Assembly: GCA_030949325.1 (NCBI GenBank)
Contig: JAUZSQ010000081.1
Coordinates: forward strand, 227 to 64,226
DNA: 64,000 bases
Source of the DNA: Sulfurovum sp.
Lineage (GTDB): Bacteria; Campylobacterota; Campylobacteria; Campylobacterales; Sulfurovaceae
Reading direction: 5' to 3'
Below are positions 11,347-22,473 of this stretch, one piece after another. The position numbers were made by a program, and so were the translations under genes. The notes under the pieces were generated by a model that worked only from the letters and a program-made list of their open reading frames with translations, was not told the origin of the DNA and made no database searches. Positions within the stretch are counted from its first letter, which is position 1. Every line of letters begins with the position of its first letter.

Positions 11347-12197
11347 TAATGCTGTATTCCATAGGCTTTTTTGAGTTGAGATACTTCATAAGATGAACCA
11401 AAGAAGCAAGGACTTGTATCATGTGGATGGGCAGGGATAAGTTCCATGAGTCTGACTCCCTTATTGTCAATCGCTTCTCCTCCTGCTTGTTCATAAATAA
11501 AGGCAAAAGGAATGACTTCAAAGAGTTGTCTAAGCTTTCCATGGGGCTTATCAGAAGTATCAGGATAGGAGAATATTCCACCACCTTTGAGGAGTATTTG
11601 GTGTAAATCAGGTACCATGCCTCCAGAATAGCGTAAACGGTAGCCTTGGGAGAATAGACCATCGACAAAGCCTTTGTGAGAAGCCGACCAGTTTTGCTGT
11701 GTACCTCCTGGGGCATTGAGTTTGCCTTTACTTTGCAAAGTAATCGGAGCTATTTCTTTGAACTCTTGATTATTGGCACGGTAAAGTAGGGGTTTTTGCC
11801 CTTGGGTAGCAACGACGAGTTCTATGCGTGGTCCATAGACGACATAGGCAGAAGCTACGAGGTTCGAGGCTCGAAGTTCCCCTTCATAGATACCAAATAT
11901 AGAACCTACAGAGAGATTGACATCGACCAAACTAGAACCATCTAAGGGGTCATAGCAGATGGTATATTTACCTTCAGGATTGAGTAGCATTACGCCTTCT
12001 TTTTCTTCACTGACGAGGTCTTTGACCATAGAGACCGAAGCAAAGGCTTTTTCGATGATAATATCAGATTGTACATCGAGTTTGAGTTGCTCTTCTCCTG
12101 AAGAGTTTTCACTTTGGCTATAGCCTAAATCAGCAGTTTTTATGGCATGGTCTATCTCAAAAGCAATGCTTTTGATGGTATCAAAAATACTTGTCAT
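11346..12197 (-). CDS. fbp: Class 1 fructose-1,6-bisphosphatase (likely start MTSIFD at 12197)
   Basis: [34 protein letters not shown]. Confidence 0.95.
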   Translation of the reverse strand: MTSIFDTIKSIAFEIDHAIKTADLGYSQSENSSGEEQLKLDVQSDIIIEKAFASVSMVKDLVSEEKEGVMLLNPEGKYTICYDPLDGSSLVDVNLSVGSIFGIYEGELRASNLVASAYVVYGPRIELVVATQGQKPLLYRANNQEFKEIAPITLQSKGKLNAPGGTQQNWSASHKGFVDGLFSQGYRLRYSGGMVPDLHQILLKGGGIFSYPDTSDKPHGKLRQLFEVIPFAFIYEQAGGEAIDNKGVRLMELIPAHPHDTSPCFFGSSYEVSQLKKAYGIQH

Positions 12198-12198
12198 G

Positions 12199-12696
12199 TT
12201 AGATGTCCTTTGCATGGGTATGAATCCATTGTATAATTTGTGTAATATCGTTGAGGTTGAGTAGCGTAATATGGCTAGGGATGAGATAGTCATCCAAACA
12301 AATACTCTCATCTATCGCAATCGCTTCAGAACACTGAAAATAACTTTCATCAATGGTGTTTCTAAAAATAGCAATACGAGGTAAGGGCAGGTTCTTTAAT
12401 CCTTCTACTAAGAGTATGTCAAAATCACTGAGCATGGATACAATCTCATCCAAGCTTTTGGATGTTTGCGAAAAGTAAGTGGTTCTTGTAGGTGAAGTGA
12501 TGACTACCTCTGCACCTGTTTGGCTAAACTTGTGGCTATCTTTACCCACGACATCAAACTCTGCCTTGTCTTTGGGGTCATTTTTGATGATGGCTATTTT
12601 GTGGGTTTGTATCAAGTGGGTAGAAAGTTTTTGAATAAGGGTAGTCTTGCCACTATTAGATGGACCTGTGAATGCTACAGCAACTCTTTTTTTCAC
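12199..12696 (-). CDS. mobB: Molybdopterin-guanine dinucleotide biosynthesis protein B
   Basis: [22 protein letters not shown]. Confidence 0.9.
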   Translation of the reverse strand: MKKRVAVAFTGPSNSGKTTLIQKLSTHLIQTHKIAIIKNDPKDKAEFDVVGKDSHKFSQTGAEVVITSPTRTTYFSQTSKSLDEIVSMLSDFDILLVEGLKNLPLPRIAIFRNTIDESYFQCSEAIAIDESICLDDYLIPSHITLLNLNDITQIIQWIHTHAKDI

Positions 12697-12795
12697 GCCT
12701 GACCTTTGTGCTAAATTATTATGGGGATTATACTTAAATGTTTATTGAAACTATGTTAAACTCTTTTTTAGCTATTTAAAATACAAAGGAGTGTT

Positions 12796-13351
12796 ATGTT
12801 TAAATTATTTGTGACAATCATAGTCGGCATACTATTACTAGGATGTAGTTCCCAAAAAGAACAAGCATTATTGAAATCTTATACAGAAAAGACCCAATAC
12901 CATAAGAATCTACAGCAAACAGAAAGTGCTGAACTCAAATTAGGCATACAGAGAATGGCAATGCTCACAGCTACTTATCTCTTTCGACCCAACTTTGAGA
13001 ATAATGATAGTAGAGCTGAAGTCTTTATCATAGGGCTAGAATTTGAAGAAGACAATGCCACAATGGTTTTTGATACAAAGAGTCTAGAGAATAACAGTAC
13101 ACAAGTCTCAGAAGCATATCATCTGACATTAAATGGTAAAAATCCTATGAGGATACAAGCTTTGGACAGTACAGACAAACGCTTAAAGGGACTCTCTTTT
13201 TGTCACAGAATGGGGACAATACTATCAAGTGACTTTTTCTCATGTTAAAGCTAAACGGCTTAATTTATTATTTAGCCATGAAGTTTATGGTAGGGAAACA
13301 CTGTTTTTTTCCAAGGTCGCTAAGTTTGTCTATACACAAAAAGGGTTTTAA
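12796..13351 (+). CDS. Hypothetical lipoprotein (extra T near 13200; continues VTEWGQYY..KVAKFVYTQKGF)
   Basis: Lipobox LLLGC; continuation frame open to TAA 13349-13351. Confidence 0.7.
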
Positions 13352-13446
13352 AAGATAGCTGTATCAAGATGTCCCATTATTTAATGTCTATTTTAAGAGA
13401 GGCTTGATACAATACTTATTATTATGTTTTATTCTAAAGGAAGCAA

Positions 13447-14701
13447 GTGAAAAAATTATTATTATTATGTTTGATATTGAGTGTAACTACAACGACACTT
13501 TTTGCTGTAGATGCTACATTGAAGATAAGTAAAGATGTAGAACAGCGTACGCGTATTGCTGTGATAGATGGTTCAGCTGGGAGTAGTCAGAAGTTTTTCA
13601 AAATTTTACTTGCGGACTTGAAAATATCGGGACACTTTTTGGCAGATACGACGCATCATGTGGGGGATATCCCAGAGTAATAGTATTCCTTCTGCGTTAA
13701 AAAACAAAGAATATATTCTCAAATATAATTTGACACAAAGCAATGGTAGCAAGTTGGTGGTACGTTTACTTCAAGCCAATACAGGAAAACAGGTATTCAA
13801 AAAAGACTATGCTATTCCTGGTACGGCCAAGGTAGCATTTTTGTTTCATAAGGCTGTGAGTGATATTAATAATGTATTGAAATACCCTGATATTTCATGG
13901 ATTAGCCGTTATATTGTATATGCAACGTATACGAGTCCAGGGCGTAGTGAGATACGTTTGTCTGATTATACCTTTAGCTATCGTAAAACGATTATGAAAG
14001 GGGGATTAAACCTCTTTCCTAAGTGGGCAGATAGTAAGCAAAGGAGTATTTATTATACTTCTTACCGAGAGACGAAGCCTACACTATACAAGCTCAATAT
14101 CTATTCAGGTGCGAAAACCAAAATCATTAGCTCTGAAGGGATGATGGTCTGTTCTGATGTGAGTGCTGATGGGCGAAAGCTCTTATTGACTATGGCACCC
14201 AATGGACAAGCTGATATTTATGAACTCAATCTTGCCACAGGTGCAAAGACTAGAATTACCAAGTTTTCAGGGATAGATGTCAATGGACGTTATGGTAATA
14301 ATGAACAAAGTATCGTCTTTGTTTCCAACCGTTTAGGTTATGCCAATGTCTTCAAGAAGGCTATACATTCTTCTGCGACTAGCAAAGTAGTATATCATGG
14401 GCGTAATAACAATGCTTGTGATGCAAATGGAAATCGTATTGTGTATAGTAGTAGAGAGAGTAAGAGTAGTTTTGGTGACAATAGATTCAATATTTATGTA
14501 ACCTCGTTGAATAATTCTAGTACGAGACCCATCACGACTACAGGTTCGAATCAATTCCCTCGTTTCTCAGGTGATGGTTCGATTGTACTCTTTTTGAAGC
14601 AACAAGGTAACCGTACTTCCATAGGTTATACCAATTTACATAGTTTTCAAAGTTTACTTTTCCCTTTTAACGGAAAAAAGATACAATCTATAGATTGGTA
14701 A
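13447..14701 (+). CDS. tolB: TolB-like beta-propeller protein (frameshift near 13670)
   Basis: Signal peptide; PD40-like repeats (PKW, SDVSADG, QFPRFSGDG); precedes pal. Confidence 0.85.
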
Positions 14702-14726
14702 GAGATTATTATAAAAGGATATAAGA

Positions 14727-15245
14727 ATGACACATAAATTATGGATACTTGCAACAGTGAGTGTATGGATTTTTTCTGGTTGTGCGCAAAGTGCTCCCGA
14801 TTTGGATATAGGTGGTAACGTAAACTCTCCTGATGCGATTACAGGAGATACGATTACTATAGATGAAATGAGCTATGGAAATGAAAATGGCTCAGAAGGA
14901 TATAACAGCAGTAGTGATGGATTTGCATCTATTTACTTTGGCTTTGACCAATACGCTGTAGCTTCTGCCATGGTTCAAAATATGGCAACGAATACCCAAG
15001 TAGCCAATACTGCCTCAGGGATGATTAAGATAGAGGGAAATTGTGATGAATTTGGTACAGATGAGTATAATTATGCTCTAGGACTCAAACGTGCAAAATC
15101 GGTCAAAGATAACCTTATCGCCCAAGGTATCCCTGCTAGTAAAGTCACTTTAGTTAGTTTTGGAGAGAGTAGTCCTGTTTGTCAAACCCCTAATGATAGT
15201 TGTTATGACAGAAACAGAAGAGTCGATTTGCGTATTGTAAGATAA
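14727..15245 (+). CDS. pal: Peptidoglycan-associated lipoprotein Pal (OmpA family)
   Basis: Lipobox FSGC; IYFGFD, IEGNCDEFGTDEYNYALGLKRA, NRRVD. Confidence 0.92.
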   Translation: MTHKLWILATVSVWIFSGCAQSAPDLDIGGNVNSPDAITGDTITIDEMSYGNENGSEGYNSSSDGFASIYFGFDQYAVASAMVQNMATNTQVANTASGMIKIEGNCDEFGTDEYNYALGLKRAKSVKDNLIAQGIPASKVTLVSFGESSPVCQTPNDSCYDRNRRVDLRIVR

Positions 15246-15246
15246 G

Positions 15247-16090
15247 ATGATGTGGATAGATAAAACAATAAAAATAGGTCTCTTAATCACGGTATGGGCT
15301 ACTCTATCTGTACAGGCAGAAATGATCTCTTATGATATGGATATAGATGAAGAGTTGGGTATGATGAGTACCTCTTCTACGCCAGTCCCTAGAGAGTTAG
15401 GGCATATACGACAGCGTATTGTAGAACAAGATGAGCGTATCGATGGACTGATTACTATTATAGAGGGTCTAAGTGCTTCTTTGAATGAATTACGCTTTAA
15501 CAATAGCCAAGCCGAAGCAATGACTTCTTCTGAACCTCAAAGTCAAATCAATGATGTCATTTTACAAAAACTAGCCAATATGATAGATGAAATCAATGAA
15601 AACTATGTGAGTAAAAAAGAGCTTAAGGGCTTGATAGCAGGGTATACTCCAGCAAAGGTTATGGCAAAAAATACCAAGACTACTACAGAAGCATCGGCTA
15701 CCCAAGTATCACCTTCGCTTAAAGGCAAAAGTAATGCGTCTTTGTATAGTGAAGGGGTGAGGCACTTTTTCAAAAAACGTTATCAGTGAAGCAAAGACAA
15801 GGTTTTTGATTACGGATAAAAAGGCTTATAAACCTGCCGCATCGAATTATTACCTAGGTGAAATTGCGTATTATGCAGGGAAACCTTCTGATGCGATTTT
15901 CTATTTCAAAAAGAGTGCAGGACTGTATGGAGAGGCTACTTATATGGATACACTACTTTTGCATACCGCTATTTCTCTTGCTAAGACAGGTGAAATAGGA
16001 CAGGCAAGGGCTTTTTTTGAAAATATTATAGAAACCTATCCCACGAAAAAAACTGCCAAGATTGCCAAAGACAGATTAAAAAAGCTTTAG
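15247..16090 (+). CDS. cpoB: CpoB/YbgF-like coiled-coil + TPR protein (frameshift near 15785)
   Basis: Coiled coil then TPR (SNYYLGEIAY, RAFFENIIETYP); follows tolB-pal. Confidence 0.75.
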
Positions 16091-16286
16091 TATTAGTATG
16101 TTGAAGTGTATCACTCTTTTTATCCTCTTAGGGCTTTTTGCTATAGCAAAGGAAGCGATAGTCTATCCCTTTAAGGGGACGCAGACGATTCCTCTTTCCA
16201 AGACAACATTTAAACCGCAAACAAAACACAGTAGCAAAATAGTCAATCTCACGGGCAAGAACTTTATTGTCCCTAGTCACGCTAGT

Positions 16287-16858
16287 CAAAACTATGCACT
16301 TTAGTGCAAGGCTTTAGCTTCTAGGAATGTGTTAAAAGTTAGAATGTGGAATGAGAAATGGAAATCACACAATAAGCCAAATACAAGTACATATAGTATG
16401 GGTAACAAAAATATAGGTATGGAGTTTTGAAAGGTGATATACAAAAGCGATGCAGAGAGATAATTATACAAATATGTGATGCCGAAGATATTAGAATATT
16501 AAAGGGAGTGGTAAGTAAAGACCATGTCCATATGCATATAGAGTATCCTCCAAAAGTGTCAGTGAGTGATATAGTAAAGAAGTTAAAAGGACGAAGTTCA
16601 AGAAAGTTACAGGAAGAGTTTAAAGAACTATCAAAACAATATTGGGGAAAGCATTTTTGGGCGATAGGATATGGAGCATGGAGTACGGAAATGTAAGTCA
16701 AGAGATGGTTAATGAGTATCTTGAACATCATAGAAATCCATCAAATAAAGATTTAGCTAATATGATATTGGAATAAGAGAGGAAAGTAATCTACGCGTCA
16801 GCTAGGACTTTCAGTCCGTTACACTCAACCTATGTACTTTTAGTGCATAGTGGTTGAG
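16287..16858 (+). mobile_element. TnpA-only IS200/IS605-family insertion sequence (ends approximate, +/- a few nt)
   Basis: Left hairpin TGCAC-TTTA-GTGCA after CAAAACT; right hairpins GGACT-TTC-AGTCC (16805-16817) and CTCAACC..TATGTACTTTTAGTGCATAG..GGTTGAG (16824-16858); tnpA inside. Confidence 0.88.
16351..16776 (+). CDS. tnpA: IS200/IS605 Y1 transposase TnpA (two 1-nt indels near 16410 and 16688)
   Basis: HIVWVTKYR, HUH motif DHVHMH, KGRSSR, FWAIGY; corrected end VNEYLEHH. Confidence 0.9.
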
Positions 16859-17276
16859 TTGGTATCAGTACGCGAAATAGGCAGTGATGGGCGTTTTTAT
16901 GCTGTAGATTCTGATGGTACGGTGTGGTTGACAGGTGCTATTACTTCTGGTACATTAGAGTTTAAGACTCCCTCAGGTATCTTTCCTGTGATACATAAAA
17001 AACGCTATCACATGTCCACGCTCTATCCTGAAGCCAGTGGTATCAACAATATGGACTATATGATGAAGTTTACTAGGCAAGGTCATGCCTTACATCAAGG
17101 TAGTGTAGATTGGCTGTCTCATGGATGTATTCATATTGACCCCAAAGATGTACCTGTCTTGTATAATTGGTGTACATACAAAACCAAAGTCATCATTACA
17201 CGCCATAGCTATATGCCTTTTGCACAAGAAGACTTGAGTAGAATTTACAAAAAACGTTAACGCTCTTCTTGCTATA

Positions 17277-17925
17277 CTAGGATTTGGCGTTTTGGAGTAG
17301 CTTTTTGATGGTTTCTGAACAGACGGTTAGCCCTACAGTACCTGTGACTGCTACGCATGAGCCTTTAGTCTTACATTTGTCTTCTTCAGGTGAAAATACT
17401 ACCGTGAAGTTTCGGTTAAATCTGGCTTTTTTGAGCTCGTTGCGTATTTTTCGTGCAAGGGCATCACCGTGGGTTTTCCAAATAGAAGCGACTTGGACTT
17501 GATGGGCATCATAGCGTTTGGCAGAACCTAGTGCCATGATGAGCTTTTTGTAGCATTTCTTGGCGACTTCTATTTTGACCTTGGTCGTATCTGCTGCATC
17601 AATGACAATATCATAAGGCTCAAAATCAAATCCTGCCACCCATGCCATATCCATTTGCTGTGTAATGGTTTTGATATCAGGATAAAGCAAGGCTAAGGTA
17701 TCGACTTTTGATGCTCCTACAGCGTCAGAGCCTATTTGTCTGTTTCTATTACTCTTCATCATAGATGTCATAGTCCAATATGGTAATATCTTTGACCCCT
17801 GAGCGATACAAGCAATCTAAGGCATAAGAGCCTACACCACCAATACCTAGTATTAATACTTTGGCATTTTGCAGTGTCTGAAAATCTTTGTCTCCAAAGA
17901 GCATACGACAGCGTTCAAATCTCAT
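17277..17925 (-). CDS. tcdA: tRNA threonylcarbamoyladenosine dehydratase (ThiF family; frameshift near 17755)
   Basis: Upstream frame LILGIGGVGSYALDCL; NRNRQI, DALARKIR, VVFSPE. Confidence 0.85.
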
Positions 17926-17928
17926 CGT

Positions 17929-18706
17929 CTATATCCATTGGCTGAGGGATTTTATGTCATCATGAGATGTCATATCTAGCTGTATCGGACTAAGGGATAC
18001 ATAGTTTTGTGCAATGGCTTCAAAGTCTGTAATATGCCCTTTGCTTGGAAGCCATTGGAGTTTGGGTAAACCTATCCAGTAGTATTCTTTGCCTCGTGGG
18101 TTCTGGTGTACTTCGGCATGAAATCCATACTGTTTGTGTCCTGCACGTGTGACTTTAAAGCCTTGGCACTCTTGAGCAGGAATCGGAGAATATTGACATT
18201 GAGAAATTTACGCTTGGGTAGAGGAAAGTCTCCCTCAAATATCTTAGACACCAAAGTCACGATACTCTCTTGGGCTAAGGTATATCCGTAGTGTTCTATG
18301 GTTTCTCCCCCACGATGATAGACTTGTGAGATAGCAATAGCAGGAATACCTTGAAGCACCGCTTCCATAGCAGCAGCAGCTGTACCCGAATAGGTAATGT
18401 CTTCACCCATATTTGCACCTATATTGATACCTGATATGACAATATCAGGAGGATTTTTCTCATCATATATTTTGTTTAGTGCCAAAAAGACACAGTCTGT
18501 AGGCGTACCATCTTCGAGCTTATAAAAATGTGTATCCAAGGCTACAAAGTGCAAAGGCTTAGTAAGGGTGAGCGAATGCCCACAGGCGGATTTTTCTGTA
18601 CTAGGTGCTACGATGGTCACTTCTCCCAAGGTCTGTAAGGCTTCTGCCAAGGCTAAGAGACCTAGAGAATCAAACCATCATCATTGGTGAGTAAAATTTT
18701 TTTCAT
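17929..18706 (-). CDS. surE: 5'/3'-nucleotidase SurE (frameshifts near 18673 and 18180)
   Basis: ILLTNDDG, DGTPTDCV, SGINIGAN, YSGTAAAAME, NPRGKEYYWIG. Confidence 0.92.
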
Positions 18707-18803
18707 TGTTGCTTCCTTATTTTTATATTATACTCCAATGCTAGTATAAATACAATGTATTATGCTATAGTAATACAAGCAATTAAACTATCAAGGATGA
18801 GCT

Positions 18804-19292
18804 GTGCAAAAAGAGCCGATGTTAAGAGTAACGTATGAAAAATTGAGTGCAGAATTGGAACGTTTGAAAACTGTTGAGCGTAATGTTATTGCGTTGGTGA
18901 TAGATGAAGCAAGAGCCCAAGGTGACCTCAAAGAAAATGCAGAATACCATGCTGCCAAAGATGAGCAAGGCTTGATGGAAGCACGGATTAATGAACTTAC
19001 CGATGTCGTAGGTCGTGCGCATGTCATTGACCCTTCTACCTTGGCACATGTACGCATTAGTTTTGGTTCGACGGTTGAACTCACCAATCAAAAGACAGAA
19101 GAAGAAGTGATTTATACCATTGTAGGTGGGCAAGAGTCCAATCCTAGCAAAGGTCTTATTTCTATTCAGTCTCCTATGGCAAAAGCACTCGTAGGCAAAG
19201 AAGAGGGTGATGAGGTGGTGTTGGTATTGCCTTCTGGTAAAACGATGTATGATATTGAAGAAGTATCGTATGTTGAAATTTGTTTAAAATAA
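18804..19292 (+). CDS. greA: Transcription elongation factor GreA
   Basis: ARAQGDLKENAEYHAAK, ISIQSPMAKAL. Confidence 0.96.
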   Translation: MQKEPMLRVTYEKLSAELERLKTVERNVIALVIDEARAQGDLKENAEYHAAKDEQGLMEARINELTDVVGRAHVIDPSTLAHVRISFGSTVELTNQKTEEEVIYTIVGGQESNPSKGLISIQSPMAKALVGKEEGDEVVLVLPSGKTMYDIEEVSYVEICLK

Positions 19293-19302
19293 AGAGTCTT
19301 AG

Positions 19303-20310
19303 ATGATAACAGTGGGTGTGGTAGGGGCTAGTGGTTATACAGGTTTAGAATTGATTAAAATGTTACTAAACCATCATGGATTTACCTTGAGTTATTTGGC
19401 TACGACGCAAGGGGATGTACTAATAGAAGCTTTGCATCCTTCCTTAGTAGATGTGATGACGATGCCTGTAGAAAAAGTCACTACCCAAGCCATTGTTGAG
19501 CGTTGTGAATTGGTCTTCTTGGCTTTGCCCCACAAGGCTTCTATGGGACTAGCCAAAGGATTGTTGGACAAGGGAATCAAAGTCGTTGACCTCTCTGCTG
19601 ATTATCGTTTGGAGCTTGATACCTATGAAGCACACTATTGTCCACATGAAGATGAAGAGCATTTAGCATCATCGGTCTATGGATTGATTGAATATTATCG
19701 TGAAGCACTCAAAAATACCAATCTCACAGCAGGACCTGGTTGTTATCCTACGGCGACACTTTTGGGTATTTTACCTTTGATTCCTTATATGGATAGCACG
19801 GTGCCTTTGTTCATTGATGCCAAATCAGGGGTAAGTGGAGCAGGAAAGAAGCTCTCCCAAATGAGTAGCTTTGTGAATATGAATGAAAATATATTTGCTT
19901 ATAATCCACTCAAACACCGTCACGCACCTGAAATAGCAGAGAAAATACAACAGATACATGGTGTCAAGATGCATGTCAATTTCGTGCCTCATCTTATTCC
20001 TGCTACGCGTGGGGAATTGGTGTCTATCTATGGGGTACTCAAAGACGATATTGACCCACTAGCCATTCTCAAAGAGCATTATGCCAATGACCCTTTTATC
20101 CGTATTCGTGAATCACCTGTAGATATCAAAAGTACAGCAGGAACACATTTTTGTGACATCTTTGCAGCCAAAAATGACCATGCCTTATTTGTCAGTTCTG
20201 CGATTGATAATCTCTTGCGAGGGGCAAGTTCACAAGCCTTATGTGCAGCCAATCTTATGTGTGGATATGATGAGGGTATGGGATTACCAGTCATTCCTTA
20301 TATGCCATAG
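19303..20310 (+). CDS. argC: N-acetyl-gamma-glutamyl-phosphate reductase
   Basis: GASGYTG, PGCYPT, SGVSGAG, IDNLLRGA. Confidence 0.96.
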   Translation: MITVGVVGASGYTGLELIKMLLNHHGFTLSYLATTQGDVLIEALHPSLVDVMTMPVEKVTTQAIVERCELVFLALPHKASMGLAKGLLDKGIKVVDLSADYRLELDTYEAHYCPHEDEEHLASSVYGLIEYYREALKNTNLTAGPGCYPTATLLGILPLIPYMDSTVPLFIDAKSGVSGAGKKLSQMSSFVNMNENIFAYNPLKHRHAPEIAEKIQQIHGVKMHVNFVPHLIPATRGELVSIYGVLKDDIDPLAILKEHYANDPFIRIRESPVDIKSTAGTHFCDIFAAKNDHALFVSSAIDNLLRGASSQALCAANLMCGYDEGMGLPVIPYMP

Positions 20311-20319
20311 GCTCAGACT

Positions 20320-21018
20320 ATGATAGCGATTGAAGAAGATGCTCTATTTATTGCCGACTCTCACTATCCCCATCATGGGGATGCCTTCTTAGTCTTACTT
20401 TTGGCTATTGAGCGTGGGAGTATTTCTGTGCCTCAGGTTTTCTTGATGGGTGATAATTTTGATTTACTTTTTGGACATAATAGTTATATCTTAGAGAAGA
20501 ATCAACAAGTCATTACCTTACTCCTAACACTTTCTCACTCTATAGACTTTTATTACTTTGAAGGAAACCATGATTTTTGTCTTGCAAATATTTTTGTGGA
20601 TATGAAGGTGTATAGTAGAGATGCTCAGCCTATAGTCTTTGCCTTAGGTACTCAAAAAGTAGCACTTTCTCATGGGGATAAGTATGCCACAGGTTGGGGA
20701 TACAACCTCTATTGCCTACTCTTACGCAATCGTTTTACCCTTACACTCTTAGCCCCTTTTCAACAAATGATTATTGACCATCGTCTTGGAAAACTATCTC
20801 AAAAGAAAATTTGTGATACTTTTTATACTTTTGAAAAGAGGGTTTCTCAAATACTTGCGTCTTATGACAAAGTAGAAAAAGTAGATTGGGTCATTGAAGG
20901 ACATTTTCATCAAGGACGTATTTTGGGTAAATATATTTCTCTTCCTTCCCAAGCCTGTCAAAATAAAATAGGCATAGTCAAAGAGGATAAGATTGTGTTT
21001 CAAACACTTTCATTTTAG
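20320..21018 (+). CDS. lpxH: UDP-2,3-diacylglucosamine diphosphatase-like metallophosphoesterase
   Basis: IADSH, MGDNFD, EGNHDF, SHGD, GHFH. Confidence 0.7.
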   Translation: MIAIEEDALFIADSHYPHHGDAFLVLLLAIERGSISVPQVFLMGDNFDLLFGHNSYILEKNQQVITLLLTLSHSIDFYYFEGNHDFCLANIFVDMKVYSRDAQPIVFALGTQKVALSHGDKYATGWGYNLYCLLLRNRFTLTLLAPFQQMIIDHRLGKLSQKKICDTFYTFEKRVSQILASYDKVEKVDWVIEGHFHQGRILGKYISLPSQACQNKIGIVKEDKIVFQTLSF

Positions 21019-21025
21019 GTGCATT

Positions 21026-21448
21026 ATGGTCTATCTCACACTTTTTAGCATTGCTTTTTTATCAGCGACACTCTTGCCTATGGGCAGTGAAGCACTGTTA
21101 CTTTATGATTATACACAAGGCTATGCGTGGTTTGGATTATGGTTAGTTGCTACTGTGGGTAATACTTTGGGGTCTGTGGTCAATTATGTTTTGGGCTATA
21201 AAGGAGAGCAGTATTTAGTCCAAAAAGGACATCTATCTACAACAAATATTACTAAATTTAAAGGATTTTTTGATAGATATGGAGGGTGGACGCTACTCTT
21301 GTCATGGGTACCGATTATCGGTGACCCTTTGACCTTTGTAGCTGGAGTGTTGCGTTATAGCTTTGGCTATTTTGTGATGATTGTGATGATAGCCAAAGGG
21401 CTACGTTATGCTTCTGTAATCTTCTTGGCAAGTTCTTTGTCTGTATAG
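21026..21448 (+). CDS. YqaA/DedA family membrane protein
   Basis: SATLLPMGSE, GNTLGS, LSWVPIIGDPLTFVAG. Confidence 0.88.
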   Translation: MVYLTLFSIAFLSATLLPMGSEALLLYDYTQGYAWFGLWLVATVGNTLGSVVNYVLGYKGEQYLVQKGHLSTTNITKFKGFFDRYGGWTLLLSWVPIIGDPLTFVAGVLRYSFGYFVMIVMIAKGLRYASVIFLASSLSV

Positions 21449-21698
21449 AAACTTCCAAAAGGAATGAGTGATAAAATAGTATAAATCGCTATTTCTTTAG
21501 CTGTAAGACCTGCTTCTTTTTTGGCTTCTATGACTTGATAGATATAGGCAAAAACAAAGAGACCATGAATCATTCCTGCTATTTTTGTAGCGATAGGGAA
21601 GCCAAAACTGTATTGAGTGGCATAGCCACGAAGAGTAAAATGAGAAAGGAGATACCTTCAATTTTGTTGATGAGTTTGAATTTTTGTAATGCTGTCAT
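21406..21698 (-). CDS. DUF3817-like small membrane protein (frameshift near 21615; not in ORF track)
   Basis: Manual translation MTALQKF..EGISFLILLFVAMPLKY..GMIHGLF..SLIPFGSF. Confidence 0.75.
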
Positions 21699-21792
21699 AA
21701 ATATTCCTGTGTGTTAATTTGTTGGAGTATAGCTAAAAATAGTTAATCAAGGTAAATTGGCTATACTTTTATCAAAACGATAAGGAAGCACT

Positions 21793-22473
21793 ATGGAACA
21801 AAAAAGCCAAGCCTCAGAAGTGAAAGCGTATGATTTTGCTATCATTGAGATTGTGAAGGCAGGATTTGTATGGATTGAAGGGATGAAAACCCCTTTTGTT
21901 ATCGCTGTATCCCTTTATGTAGGCATTGGACTATTGACGCAATTTATTTTAGGTATGATATTTTCTATAGGGACAATAGAAGAACCTAATCTCCTCAATA
22001 TACAAATTATAGGGATATTGAGTTATCCTGTATTAATGCCCTTGCTTGTAGGGATTATGATGATGGCACTCAACTACACACGAGGTAACAGTATTGATTT
22101 TAAATCTATGTTTAATTATTATCACCTCACGGGTAAATTGGCTCTAGTAGCTGTTTTAATGTATGGGATGATGATGTTAGGATTTAAGTTATTTATTATC
22201 CCTGGGATATATTTGAGTGTAGCATACGTCTTTGCCCCCTTACTCATTGTAGATAAGCAGATGGGTGTATGGGAAGCGATGGAGCATTCACGCAAGGCAG
22301 TGACTAAGCAATGGTTCAAAGTAGCCCGACTCATGTTTCTCTTGGGCTTCATTAGCTTTTTGGGATTTTTGGCTTTGGGTATAGGACTTATTTGGGCAAT
22401 ACCTTTGATGTTTGTGACCCTTTATGGATTGCTTTATCCCTTGATATTTGATGAAGACGAAGAAGAAGCCTAA
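21793..22473 (+). CDS. Hypothetical multi-pass membrane protein
   Basis: Several TM segments; IIPGIYL, EAMEHSRKAV pattern of DUF975-like proteins. Confidence 0.6.
   Translation: MEQKSQASEVKAYDFAIIEIVKAGFVWIEGMKTPFVIAVSLYVGIGLLTQFILGMIFSIGTIEEPNLLNIQIIGILSYPVLMPLLVGIMMMALNYTRGNSIDFKSMFNYYHLTGKLALVAVLMYGMMMLGFKLFIIPGIYLSVAYVFAPLLIVDKQMGVWEAMEHSRKAVTKQWFKVARLMFLLGFISFLGFLALGIGLIWAIPLMFVTLYGLLYPLIFDEDEEEA

Larger units (their letters stand above)
16098..17260 (+). pseudogene. L,D-transpeptidase (YkuD) gene interrupted by IS200/IS605 element
   Basis: 5' part 16098-~16286 has a signal peptide; 3' part ~16859-17260 has ALHQG..SHGCIH; removing 572 bp restores frame. Confidence 0.8.

Noticed and set aside
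16339-16731. Minus-strand 130-aa ORF inside the IS, and most short ORFs antisense to housekeeping genes
   Set aside because: Shadows of well-supported genes on the opposite strand; no motifs
16776-16860. TnpB/IscB or guide RNA downstream of tnpA
   Set aside because: Only about 80 nt before the right end; no nuclease ORF
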